Source: Mobula hypostoma
Lineage: Eukaryota
Direction of reading: 5' to 3'
NCBI RefSeq assembly: GCF_963921235.1
Contig: NC_086097.1
Span: forward strand, 31,374,001-31,438,000
DNA: 64,000 nt
Shown here piece after piece: positions 39,391 to 51,222 of the stretch. Position numbers and translations under genes: made by a program. A model generated the notes under the pieces. That model was not told the DNA's origin. It saw only the letters and a program-made list of their open reading frames with translations, and ran no database searches. Positions within the stretch are counted from its first letter, which is position 1. Every line of letters begins with the position of its first letter.

Positions 39391-40576
39391 ATTTTCACCC
39401 CAATCAATGAAAATTCACGACAAAATCATGGAAAACATAGACCACTTCCTGGTTGTTGAGTTCTGTCGGCATATACATTGGTGCTGGAATCTGTGGTGAC
39501 CCTTGCAGACTGACCCCAGCATACCCTTAGGTTGTGTTGGTTGTCAACACACAAGCCTGAAAGCACGCATCACTGAGCTCAAAGACAGCTCCCACCCACT
39601 GTTATAAGACTTGAACAGTCCCTTTGCACACCAAGATGGACTCTTGACCTCGTTATTGCCTTGCACCTTTTTGTCCGCCTGCATTCACTTCCTCTGTTAC
39701 TGTAGCACTTTATTCTGCACTCTACTATTCTTTTACCTTGTAACACCTCATCACTCCATGTTTCAATGTGCGTGCGTATGGAAGCAGGTACCATTGATTC
39801 ATAGCATAAAGCAATACAAAAGCTCATCCATGCCAAGGTGTCCATCTGCCCACATTTGGCCCATATCCTTCTAAACCTTTCCTATCCATGGATTTATCCA
39901 AATGTCCACCTTGGACACTGTCTCTCTTCTCCCATCCTATTGGGCAGAAGATACAAAAGTTGAAAGCATGCCCCACCAGGCTCAGGGACAGCTTAGATCT
40001 TGAGACATACGAGCACAATTAGGCCATTCAGTCCATCAAACCGCAGCATCTACCCTGCTGTTATAAGACTACTTCATCATACTAGGGAACTATTTGATAG
40101 AATCTTGTTCTCAAAGTATGCAGTACAAAAGTCTTAGATATATCTAGGATGCTTAAAACTTTTGCACAGTACTGTAGTAATTTTATATATTGCACTGTAC
40201 AGCAGCAAAAAAAGAACAAATTTCATGATATATGTGCACGATAATAAACCTGATTCTGATCTGTGTCTCTATTGTGGACTAAGAGTGGAAAGGGAGCAGG
40301 GGGAGGAGAATCATGGTTGGGCAAAGGGGAAGGGAGAGGGGAGGGACCGGGAAGCATGAGACAGACATTCTATAAAGCCAATTGTTTGGAATCAAATGAC
40401 GTCTGATGTCTCGGGACTGAGTGTTCCGTAATCCACCCCCCCACTCCCCCCAACTTGTGGCACTTCTTCTCTGCCACCTTTCCCACACCCCTCCCACAGC
40501 ACTCCACCCTCACCATTCCCAACATCCTTTGCTCCCGCCACATTTACAAACTCTCTCCACTCCACATTGATAAATA

Positions 40577-40644
40577 CAGTACTATGCAGAAGTCTGAGGA
40601 CCCCAGCTACATACATATGTGCCCAAGACTTTTGCACAGGACTG
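40577..40644. mobile_element. 68-bp Tc1-like micro-MITE
   Basis: TA-cagtactatgcagaagtct ... agacttttgcacaggactg-TA; related copy at 40121-40174. Confidence 0.65.
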
Positions 40645-41068
40645 TACCTCGTTATGCCCTTGCACTTTATTGTCTACCTGCACTGCGCTTTTTCCAGCTT
40701 TTGCAGAATCTCTTGTGCTTACACTTCATTCTGCACTGTGCTACTGTTTTACCTTGTAACACTTCAATGAACTGTGGTAATGAATTGATCAGTATGAAAC
40801 AGTAAAACAAGTTTTTCCATTGTTCTTTGGTACATGTGATAATAATAAACCAATTTATCAATTTAAAGGAAATGCCCTGGGCAGCCCAATGAAGTAACTT
40901 AAGCAGGAGGCACTGCAGTGTCACCAGCACACAGGGTTTACAGAATCTGAGGGCAATTCACAACCCAGGGAGTTTATAATTCAGCAGGAGCAGAAGAATG
41001 AGGGAAGGGTGTTGCCTGTTTAGGAGACAATGCTGTTCCTGAGTTTAAAACAAGTTGCAGATGGGAGG

Positions 41069-42324
41069 AACACACATAAAAGTTGCTGGTGAACGCAACA
41101 GGCCAGGCAGCATCTCTAGGAAGAGGTACAGTCGACGTTTCGACGAGGGAGATGTCCTCCTTTTTTAAAGAAAGAGGCTCCCCTTCCTCCACCATCAACT
41201 CTGCTCTCAAATGCATCTCCCCCATTTCACGCACATCTGCTCTCACTCCATCCTCCCGCCACCCCACTAGGAATAGGGTTCCCCTTGTCCTCACCTACCA
41301 CCCCACCAGCCTCCGGGTTCAACATATAATTCTCTATAACTTCCGCCACCTCCAACAGGATCCCACCACTAAGCACATCTTTCCCTCCCCCCCACCACCC
41401 CGCTTTCCGCAGGGATCGCTCCCTACGCAACTCCCTTGTCCATTCATCCCCGCCATCCCTCCCCACCGATCTCCCTCATGGCACTTATCCGTGTAAGCGG
41501 AACAAGTGCTACACATGCCCTTACACTTCCTCCCTCACCACCATTCAGGGCCCCAGACAATCCTTCCAGGTGAGGCGATACTTCACCTGTGAGCCTGTGA
41601 GTCGCCTGGGGTGATATACTGTGTCCGATGCTCCCGATGCGGCCTTCTATATATTGGCGAGACCCGACGCAGACTGGGAGATCGTTTTGCTGAACACCTA
41701 CGCTCTGTCCGTCAGAGAAAACAGGATCTCGCAGTGGCCACATATTTTAATTCCACGTCCCATTCCTATTCTGATATATCTATCCACGGCCTCCTCTACT
41801 GTAAAGATGAAGCCACACTCAGGTTGGAGGAACAACACCATATATTCCGTCTGGGTAGCCTCCAACCTGATGGCATGAACATTGACTTCTCTAACTTCTG
41901 CTAATGCCCCACCTTCCCCTCATACCCCATCTATTATTTATTTATATATACACACATTATTTTTCTCTCTCTCCTTTTTCTCCCTCTGTCACCCCTTGCC
42001 CATCCTCTGTTTTTTTCCCCCCTCCCCCTTTTCTTTCTCCCTAGGCCTCCTGTCCCATGATCCTCTCATATCCCTTTTGCCTATCACCTGTCCAGCTCTT
42101 GGTTCCATCCCTCCCCCTCCTGTCTTCTATCATTTTGGATCTCCCCCTCCCCCCTCCCACTTTCAAATCTCTTACTAGCTCTTCTTTCAGTTAGTTCTGA
42201 TGAAGGGTCTCGGCCCGAAACGTCGACTGTACCTCTTCCTAGAGATGCTGCCTGGCCTGCTGCGTTCACCAGCAACTTTTATGTGTGTTGCTTGAAATTC
42301 TAGCATCTGCAGATTTCCTCGTGT
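41069..42324 (+). mobile_element. Young 5'-truncated Penelope-like element (Neptune type) with inverted 5' pLTR piece
   Basis: Linker CKRNKCYTC, then GIY-YIG domain VIYCVRCSRCGLLYIGETRRRLGDRFAEHLRS..QPDGMNIDFSNF*; inverted pLTR at 41069-41142; 14-bp TSD ttgcagatgggagg (41055-41068, 42325-42338). Confidence 0.95.
42193..42229 (+). ncRNA. Minimal type-I hammerhead ribozyme motif
   Basis: AGTT CTGATGA AGGGTCTCGGCCC GAAAC GTC^GACTG; predicted cleavage after 42224. Confidence 0.75.
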
Positions 42325-43545
42325 TTGCAGATGGGAGGGATGTTGTACAAAGATCGGATCTGAAAGACTTGCTAGTTTCAAGGTTTCACCACCATTCTAA
42401 ACACAGAAACCCAATAGCTCACTCAGTAGCATGATATGACTGTTCACATCCACTTGCAGAACACAGGCAGAGTTATGCTTTTATGTCCAAATGATAGCAC
42501 CTCTGATAACCTTACACAGTCACTGAACTGAGATTGAATAGTGATAAACGGCATGTGTAAAGGTTCTGGCAGAAGTGGGACCAGGCTAAGGAGAGAAGAT
42601 GGGAATACCATACCCACTGAGGGTCTTGGGATCGGGTCCTGAGAACTTCAAGCTGTACTCAAACATCAAAACAGGGAAGCACTGAACAATCTGAAATGCC
42701 ATCGTTCATAACACCAGAGCAGGAGCAGGTTAACAGGCCCCTCAAACCTGTCCCACCATTTATCATTATTCATGACTGATCTACCTCAGGCTTTGGCACC
42801 TTTTCTGTGTCAGTTCCTTATAGCTCTAATTCCTCGATTTTTAGGGAAAAAAAATTATGTAAGTCCATCCTAATACTTTCAATGAACTAGCTCCAGAACT
42901 CCCTGCTATAGAAAATTCCAGAGTTTCACTTGCTTAAAGCAGAACAGTGCAGCACAGTACAAGATCTGATCACAAGAGATTTTGCAGATGGTGAAAATCT
43001 TCGAACACACAAAGTGGTGGAGGATGCTACACAGTACAGACCTTTCAGGTCACAACGGTGTGCCAATCTGCTACCCTACTCCAAGACTGATCTAATCCTT
43101 CCCTCTCATGTAGCCCTCCATTCATCTATCATTCACGTGTCTATCCGAGTCTCTAAAATGTGTCAAATTTATCTGCCTCTACCACCACCCCTGGCAGCGC
43201 ACTCTATGCACCAAACACGATGTTAAAAAAAATACACCTCTGGTATTCCCCCCTATACTTTCCTCCAAACACCTTAAAATTATACCTCCTCATATTATCT
43301 ATTTCTGCCTTGGGAAAAGGGTACTAGCTATACATTCGATCTATGCCTCTTATCTTGGACTATCTTACATATTTGTATCTGTGTTATTTTATTATTGAGT
43401 TCATTATTGCACGTTTTTGTGCTGCATCAGATCTGGATTAATAATTATTTCATTCTCCTTTACACTTGTGTACTGGAAATGACATTAAACGATCTTGAAT
43501 TCTGTAAGAAGAGATTTCTGTATATTTCAGGTTTGATTTATCAGG

Positions 43546-43730
43546 AAACAACAGGAATTCTGCAGATGCTGGAAATTCAAGCAACATACATCAAAGTTGC
43601 TGGTGAATGCAGCAGGCCAAGCAGCATCTATAGGAAGAGGCGCAGTCGACGTTTCAGGCCGAGACCCTTCGTCAGGACTAACTGAAGGAAGAGTGAGTAA
43701 GGGATTTGAAAGCTGGAGGGGGAGGGGCTC
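43546..43730 (-). mobile_element. Solo Penelope pLTR fragment
   Basis: 10-bp TSD atttatcagg (43536-43545, 43731-43740); same subfamily as 35036-35271. Confidence 0.88.
43643..43679 (-). ncRNA. Minimal type-I hammerhead ribozyme motif
   Basis: Minus strand: AGTC CTGACGA AGGGTCTCGGCCT GAAAC GTC GACTG. Confidence 0.78.
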
Positions 43731-44039
43731 ATTTATCAGGTCTCATTTTGCAACAATGTCCACTTGTTTGAGATTCTCTCCCCAGTGACACCATCTTGAA
43801 ATCAACCTTAGGATCTTATAGGTTTCACTCTTCTAAGCGCCAAAGAAGAGAGAACCAAATTTCCAGCCTCTCTTGTTGGAATAACCCTCACAGCCTGGTG
43901 AAGTCACCTTTGGATTGCCTCCAATGATGCTTTCTCAGGCAAGGACTTTCAAGATTCAACTTTAATCAGGGCCTGCCTGAAGTGACAAGTGATGGCTGTA
44001 AAAGGCCCAGAGGTTTTACTAGAAGCTGTATCAATACTT

Positions 44040-45150
44040 ATCTCACAGGTACAATCATCTGAAGCAAGGCATCTGCAGAAGGACTTAGACAGATTTGAAG
44101 AATGAGCAAAGAAGTAGATAGAACATAGTGCAAGGTCATGCACTATAAAGGCATAGACTATCTCCTAAATGGGGAGAAAATTCAGAAATCAAAGGTGCAA
44201 AAGAGTCCTCGTGCAGGGTTCCCTCAAGTTTAACTTGCAGATTGTGTCAGTGGTAAGGAAGGCAAATGCAACGTTAGCACTAATTTTGTCAGGACTAGAA
44301 TTTAAAAGCAAGGTGGTAATACTGAGTCTTTATAGGACATTGTTCAAACCCCACTTGGAGTATGTGAGCAGCTTTGAGCCCCTTACCTAAAGACGATGTG
44401 CTGGCATTGGAGTGGGTCTAGAAGGTTCATGAGAATGATTCCGGGAATGAAAGGATTAACATATGTTGGATCCTCTTATACCAGATTGCTAATGGCATAC
44501 ACAATCAATTCAAATTCCATTGCATAAATCAGCCAATAAAATAGTCCCTATTCAAGTAATGTAATAGAAATTAAACAGAAATTTAAAAGTTTCTAAAAAG
44601 AAACAAAGGCTACCGCAACCACTTAAAACACACCGAACAATTGCATGTATATAGGTAATTATATAAATATGCAAACAAGCATAAGAAAGTTAAACTACAA
44701 ATAAAATAACATTTATACAGTTTAATCCAACACACGAGGGTTTGATGTCTCTGGGCCTGTACTCACTGGATTTTAAAAGAATGGGTGGGGGGGGTGGGTG
44801 GAAATCTCATTGAAATCTATTGATTATTGAAAGGCCTAAAAAGACTGGATGTGGAGAGGATGTTTCCCTATAGTGGGGGAGCCTACGACCAGAGGGCACA
44901 GCCACAGAATAGACGAACATACCTTTAGAACAGAGATGAGGAGTAATTTCTTTAGTCGGAGTGTTTGGAATCTGTGGAATTCATTGCCACAGATATTTAA
45001 AATGGAGGCTGATAACTCTTGATTAGTAAGGGTGTGAAAGGTTACAGAAGAAGGCAGGAGAGTGGGGTTGAAAGGGATAATAAATCAGCTACGATGAAAC
45101 TTCAGAGTAGACAATGGGCTGAATGGGCTAATTCTGCTCCTAGATCCTAT
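44040..45150 (+). mobile_element. CR1-type LINE 3' portion interrupted at 44464-44732
   Basis: LQKDLDRFEE*AKK, VVRKANATLALI..LYRTLFKPHLEY and TRGHS motifs. Confidence 0.8.
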
Positions 45151-45367
45151 AGATAAAAAAAATATGGCCTGATGCAGGGTTCCAACTGTAGATGTCAACA
45201 ATTCACTCCATCCTCCTTCCCACAGATGTTGTCTGATCCACTGAATACCTCCAGAAGCTTGTTCTTTTCTTCTGATTATGCATACTGTTTCTGGGGTTAG
45301 GACTATCCATTGTGCTAAACTTATTCCCATGATGCAAACATATTGTACTTATAGACAACGTCCAAAT

Positions 45368-45882
45368 GCCCATGGCCTCCTCCACTGCCTCGATGAAGCC
45401 AAACTCAGGTAGAAGGAGCAACACCTCAAATTCCATCTGCGTAGCCTCCAACCTGATGGCATGAATATCAATTTCTCCAACTTCCAGCAATTTCTCCTCC
45501 TCCCTTTTTCCCTTTTCCATTCTGGATCCCCTCTCACCCCTTTTATTCACCTCACTTGCCCATCAACTCCCTCCAATTCCCTCTGCCTTCCCTTTCTCCC
45601 ATAATCCACTGTCCCCCTCCTGTCAGATTCCTTCTTCTTCAGTCCTTTACCTCTTCCACCCATCACCTCTCAGCTCCCCACTCCCATCCACCTTCCCCCT
45701 CACCTGGTTTCACCTATCACCAGTCAGCTTGTACTCCTTTCCCTCCCTCACCTTCTTATTCTGGCACCTGCCCCCTTTCTTTTCAGTCCTGACGAAGGTT
45801 TTCGGCCTGAAACCAGCACTGTTTACTCCTCACCATAGACTCTGTCTGACTTGCTGAGTTCCTCCAGCATTTTGTATGTGAT
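45368..45882 (+). mobile_element. Old Penelope-like 3' fragment with hammerhead core (45784-45821) lacking the GUC site
   Basis: EQHLKFHLRSLQPDGMNINFSNF; cagtcctgacgaaggttttcggcctgaaaccagcactg. Confidence 0.8.
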
Positions 45883-47409
45883 ACTTTTGGACAGATCAGA
45901 TTCAATTATTCCCCTACATCATTTGGTTCCACATAGTCCATTGACTAATTATGCCATTGCAATATTGATGCTGCATCTGTCCACATAACGTGGACAAGTC
46001 ATGGAATCGCACAATACAAAAACAGATCCTTCGGTCTACCGCATCCATACTACACCATCTCATTTGCCTGCATTAGGACCATATCCTTATGCCTACCCTA
46101 TCTGTCCAAATATCTCCTGAACAATGATTGTATCTGCTTCAATCACCTTCTCTGGTATTGCGTTCCAAATACCAACCACTGTATTAAAAAAAAACTTGCC
46201 CCTCAAATTCTCTTTAGACCTCACTCCTGAAATCCCCTTTAAAACTCCTTCCTCACACCTTAAACCTATGCCATCTTGTTTTTATTGCCTCTACTACTTA
46301 AAAAGGAACCCATGGGGAAGGTTTTTTCCACATTGAGGGTGATGAGTATATGGAATGAGCTGCCAGAGGAAGTGGTAAAGACATACAATTATAACCTTTA
46401 AAGGACATTTTAACAGGTACATGGATAGGAAAGGTTTAGGAGGGATATTGGAAAAATGGAGGCAAATGGAACTAGCTTAGTTTGGCAGCTTTGGTCGTCA
46501 AAGGGCCTGTTTCCAGGCAGTACAGCTCTTTCACTCTTTGACTAAAGACTGAAGGCCTAAAGGCCTAGAGGCCTGGCCAGAGATCAGAGGATTGGCCATT
46601 TGTGTAAGTGGGAGGGAGGGAGGAAAGAGGCTTCTTTTGCTGTTGTTTTGTTGCTCTTCTGAGGGCTTGTTCTTGCTAACAGCCCCACGAACCATGAATT
46701 TACAGGGCATGTCACTCAGGGACTTGGGCTATACTTTTTTTCTTGTTACTGTACATTTACTGAGATCTTATATGAGCTATATGTACCTTGTGTAGTGTAT
46801 AACTGTTAGTACTATGTCTTGTACCTTGGCTCCAACTTCCCACAGTCACCTCCAGGATTCCCAACTAAACGCACCTGAGAGCTAGAATTATACCTTCCAC
46901 TCAGAGATCACAATTAAAACCAGGCAATTATGGAGTGGTCAAGAAATAGTTGTTCACATCTATGGGGTTCAAGAGCTACGAGGTACAGTGTTCAGTTCTA
47001 GTCACCTCATTGTAAAAGGATGTGGAAGCTTTAGGGAGGATGCAGACAAGATTACCAGGATGCTGCCTGGATTAGTGAGCATGTCTTATGAAGCAAGGTT
47101 GAATGAGCTAAGACTTTTTTCTTTTTGGAGAGGAGGATGAGAGGTGACTTGATATAGAGATGTACAAGATGATAAGAGACAGAGTGGACAGCTAGTGCCT
47201 TTTCCCCAAGTGAGTATTCTATTCTGATACGGTGCTCTCTGGTCGTAGACTTTCCAACCATTGGAAACATCCTTTCAGCAATTTGATTCACCTAGTGCAT
47301 CCATTATTAAGGACCTCAATCACCCAGGACATGCCCTCTTCTCATTGCTACCATCAGGGATGAGGTATAGGAGCCTGAAGGCATACACTCAATGTTTCAG
47401 GAAGAAATG

Positions 47410-49960
47410 TATGGGAGAAAGAAGCATCACACAACACTAGTGCCCAATGGCTGAAAGACCAACAAACAAGCCTCTGCAATCTCCCACAGGAAGAACCAGT
47501 CACCATCACAGCAGTAGATGCGCAGCAAGGGGTAGCAAGTATGAAGAACTGGACATCACCAGGGCCTGTCATGATCCCCACCTACCAACTGAAGAAACTA
47601 ACAGCATTACATACATGGCTGGCAGCTCAAATGAGCCAGCTGCTTGAAGCAGGCCCCTACCCTGACTGGCTAACTCAAGGAAGGACAGTACTCATAATGA
47701 AGGAGCCTCACAAAGGAGCAACACCATCAAACTAATGGCCTATGACTTGCCTGTCAACAACATGGAAGCTCCTATCAGGCATCATAGCCACCAAACTGAA
47801 GAAACACTTGTGTAAATTCCTGAGCTCTGCTCAGAAAGGGATTGGCAATAGAACCAGATGCTCCAAGCACCATCTACTGGTAGACAAAGCAGTCATGTGA
47901 GACTTCAAGACCAGCCATCCAACCTATGCACAACCTAGATCAACTACCAGAAAGCATATGACTTAATGCCTGTCTCTGTACAGGGTCAACAAGACACTAA
48001 GGACCTTCATCAAGAACTCAATGGACCAGAAAGTTAAGTCAAAGCCAATAGCACAAGTGACCATCAGATGTGGAATATACCAGGGTGATGCACTAACCCC
48101 ACTGCTGTTCTGCATAGGCTTGAAACCCCCCCCCCCCAAGCCAATCATCTCAAAGAGTGGATACGGGTACAGGTTCAAGAGTGGGGTGACCATCAGCCAC
48201 CTCCTGTACATGAATGACATCAAGCTGCATACCAGTGTTGGCACGTGGCCAAGTGGTTAAGGCGTCAGTCTAGTGATCTGAAGGTCGCTAGTTCAAGCCT
48301 CAGCTGAGGTAGCATGTTGTGTCCTTCAGCAAGGCACTTAACCACACATTGCTCGCAACGACACCAGTGCCAAGCCGTATTGGCCCTAGTGCCCTTCCCT
48401 TGGACAACATCGGTGGCATGGAGAGAGGAGACTTGCAGTAAAGGCAACTGCCAGTCTTCCATACAACCTTGCCCAGGCCTGCACCCTGGAAACCTTCCAA
48501 GGTGCAAATCCATGGTCTCACAAGACGAACGGGTGCCTATTGGAATACCAGAAATGGAAGAGACTTTGACTCAGTAATCCACCTGACAAAGGTCTACAGC
48601 AGAGACATCGAGATGGCATTTGGACTGGAAAAGTGAAGCCCAATAGTAGTGAAAAGAGGCATGCTCATTAAGACTGAAGGAGTCGAGTTACTTTAAGGCC
48701 ACATACCAGATGTTCAGGACAACTAATACCTGGGGATCCTGCAGGTGCATGGAAGCCATGATGAGGACACAACAAGAACCTCCAAAGAGTGAGATAGGTC
48801 CTAAAAAGCCAGCTGAATGGGAAGAACAAGATCAGAGCCATCAACACATTCGTCCTACCAGTCATCAGATACCAAGGCACAATAGTATACTGGCCAAGGA
48901 ATGAACTGGAAGCCGCTGACATCAAGAACTGGAAACTAGTAACAATACATGGAGGATTCCATCCAAAGTCCAAGATCAAGAGACTGTGCACCCCTCAGAA
49001 CAAAGGAGGACAGGGCCTTGGAACCAAGGCCACAGTCCTGGAAGCAATGAGAAAACATCCATGAGTATGTCAGGAAGATGGACCCCAAGGATGACCTGCT
49101 AGGAGAATACCCCAGGCAGCAGGCAGGGAAAATGGAAATGGAAGAGGGTGAAGCAGAGCAAGAGGACCAGAGGCCATGGCAGGACAAGCCACTACACAGG
49201 ATGTACCACTGCCAGATATCAGAGCTGGCTGAAACAAGGAAGTCCTACCAATGGCTGGGAATGGCAGGGCTGAGGGACAGCACAGGGGCACTGCTCAAGG
49301 CTGCACAAGAGCAACAGGAGCAGGGGTCTATCACACCAGACATGACCCAAGATGCAGACTGTGCAAGGAATCCACTGAAACCATCCAGCACATAGTAGCA
49401 GAATGCAAGATGCAGGCAGGGATAGCATACACTGAATGGCACTGTGTAAAGGAATTGCGTACAGGAACATCTGCACCAAGTACGGATTGGACACTCCCAA
49501 GTCCAGATGAGGAACACCCAAGAAGGTAGTGGAGAATGTCAGAGCCAAGATCCTGTGGGACTTCCAAATACAGACTGATAAGCAGGTACTGGCCAACCAA
49601 CCAGACATAGAAACAGAAGAAAGCAATGGTAATAGAGGAGGCAATCCCAAATGACAGTAACATCAAATAGAATACAACAAGGTGGAGAAATACTAGGGCT
49701 TGAAAGAGTAGATAGAAAGGATGCGAAGGTTAAAGCCAGAATAACCCCAGTGGTGATAGGAGCACTTGGAGATGTGACACCTGGATTGGGAGACCGGCTC
49801 CAACAAATCCTGGGAACAACATCTCAGATCTCAGTCAAAGGAGTGCACTACTAGGCCACTGCATCAAACCCTCAAGCTCCCAGGCCTCCGGCAGAGGACT
49901 CGAGATTAAGAGAAAAATACACATACACCACCCATAAGGGGTGAGAAAAATAATAAAAAT
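47410..49960 (+). mobile_element. R4/Dong-clade (Rex6-like) non-LTR retrotransposon, 5'-truncated and degenerate
   Basis: RT motifs KNWTSPGP, PDWLTQGRTVLIMK, GIYQGDALTPLLFCIGL and ISHLLYMNDIKL; CCHC knuckle CRLCKESTETIQHIVAEC; restriction-like endonuclease KILWDFQIQTDK..NQPDI..PVVIGALG. Confidence 0.88.
48236..48544 (+). mobile_element. tRNA-derived SINE inserted in the R4 element
   Basis: A box tggccaagtgg, B box gttcaagcc, CORE-like gtgtccttcagcaaggcacttaacc; 7-bp TSD ataccag (48229-48235, 48545-48551). Confidence 0.85.
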
Positions 49961-50649
49961 AAATTTTAAAAATATTACTGTAATTTACAGTATTTATGTA
50001 CTGCAATGTACTACAGCCACATAACAAATTTCATGACGTATGCCAGTGATATTAAATCTGATTATGAAATCAAAGGCATCAACAAAGACAATGAGTTTCT
50101 CAGTCAGGGGCGCCTGGTTCAGGGTTCCTTGACTATCTGCTGCCACCCAGTGACAGGTTTTGATAGTACAGTGGATTCTGGTTAATTTTGCCCAATTAAG
50201 CGGCTGCCCCAATTAGCCAAAGATTCACGGAAATAAAAAAGGTACAGAAAATGCAGATGACCACTTAACTGAGTAACAAATTACATATTCAAATTAATTA
50301 CAGAAAAAATCAGAAGACTACCAATACTACGCAAGTACTATAAAATTGTATTGGTTCCTAGTAGTTATAAACGGAGGAATTCATCTACTGTACGCTGCCA
50401 TGTTCGTTTAACTGACTGTAAATGAACAAATCAGCACAGGCCCCTAGTGCAGATAACAGACTGCCATCATACAACGCCATCAATGATTGCATTTTCCAAA
50501 TCTTCATTTTTATTCTAAGATTCAGGCTTCTGGTTTAAGATAGCGCTGCTGAAGGTGGGTGACTGGCAGTTCCCAAAACAAGAAATACAACTAAAAACTT
50601 CATTAATAACACTTCTTCACTGATCACTCAATTTTTTTTTTTGTTTTTT

Positions 50650-50890
50650 GCATCACTCTGCAGTTTCTGAGATACTCAAACCACCTCATCTAGCACTAAC
50701 AATTATTCCACTTTTAAAATCACTTAGATCACTTTTCTTCCATTTTCACATTTGGTTTGAACAACAACTGAACCTCTTGAACCTGTCTGCATCCTTTTAT
50801 ACATTCGCTTGCTGCCACATAATCGGCTAATTAAATATTTGCATTAACAAGCAGTTGTACAGGTGCACCGAATTATATGGCCACTGAGTG
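50650..50890 (-). mobile_element. Tc1-like transposon terminal fragment
   Basis: Ends ..tggccactgagtg-TA, resembling fish Tc1-like termini. Confidence 0.55.
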
Positions 50891-51222
50891 TAGGTAAGTA
50901 TCATAAACAAGGCAACAGCAGTTGAAGGTGAGAGAAGAAATACATGTAGAGTGGAGAGCATTCTGACTGGTTGTATCACCATCTGGTATTGAGGCTCCAA
51001 TATACAGGATCAGGGAAAGCTGCAGAGCATTGTAGCTCCAACACACGCACAATCCTTCCCTACTATTGAGTACATCTTCAAAAAGGCAGTGCCTCAAGAA
51101 GGTGGTATTAGAACCCCAACCAGCCAGAACATGCCCTTGTCTCCCTACCACCATCAGGGCGGTGGTACAGGAGCCTGAAGACCCACACTCAACAGTTCAG
51201 AAACATCTCCTTCCTCTTCATG

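Noticed and set aside
48240..48310. tRNA gene
   Set aside because: It is a SINE head that continues into a SINE body with a TSD; no convincing cloverleaf
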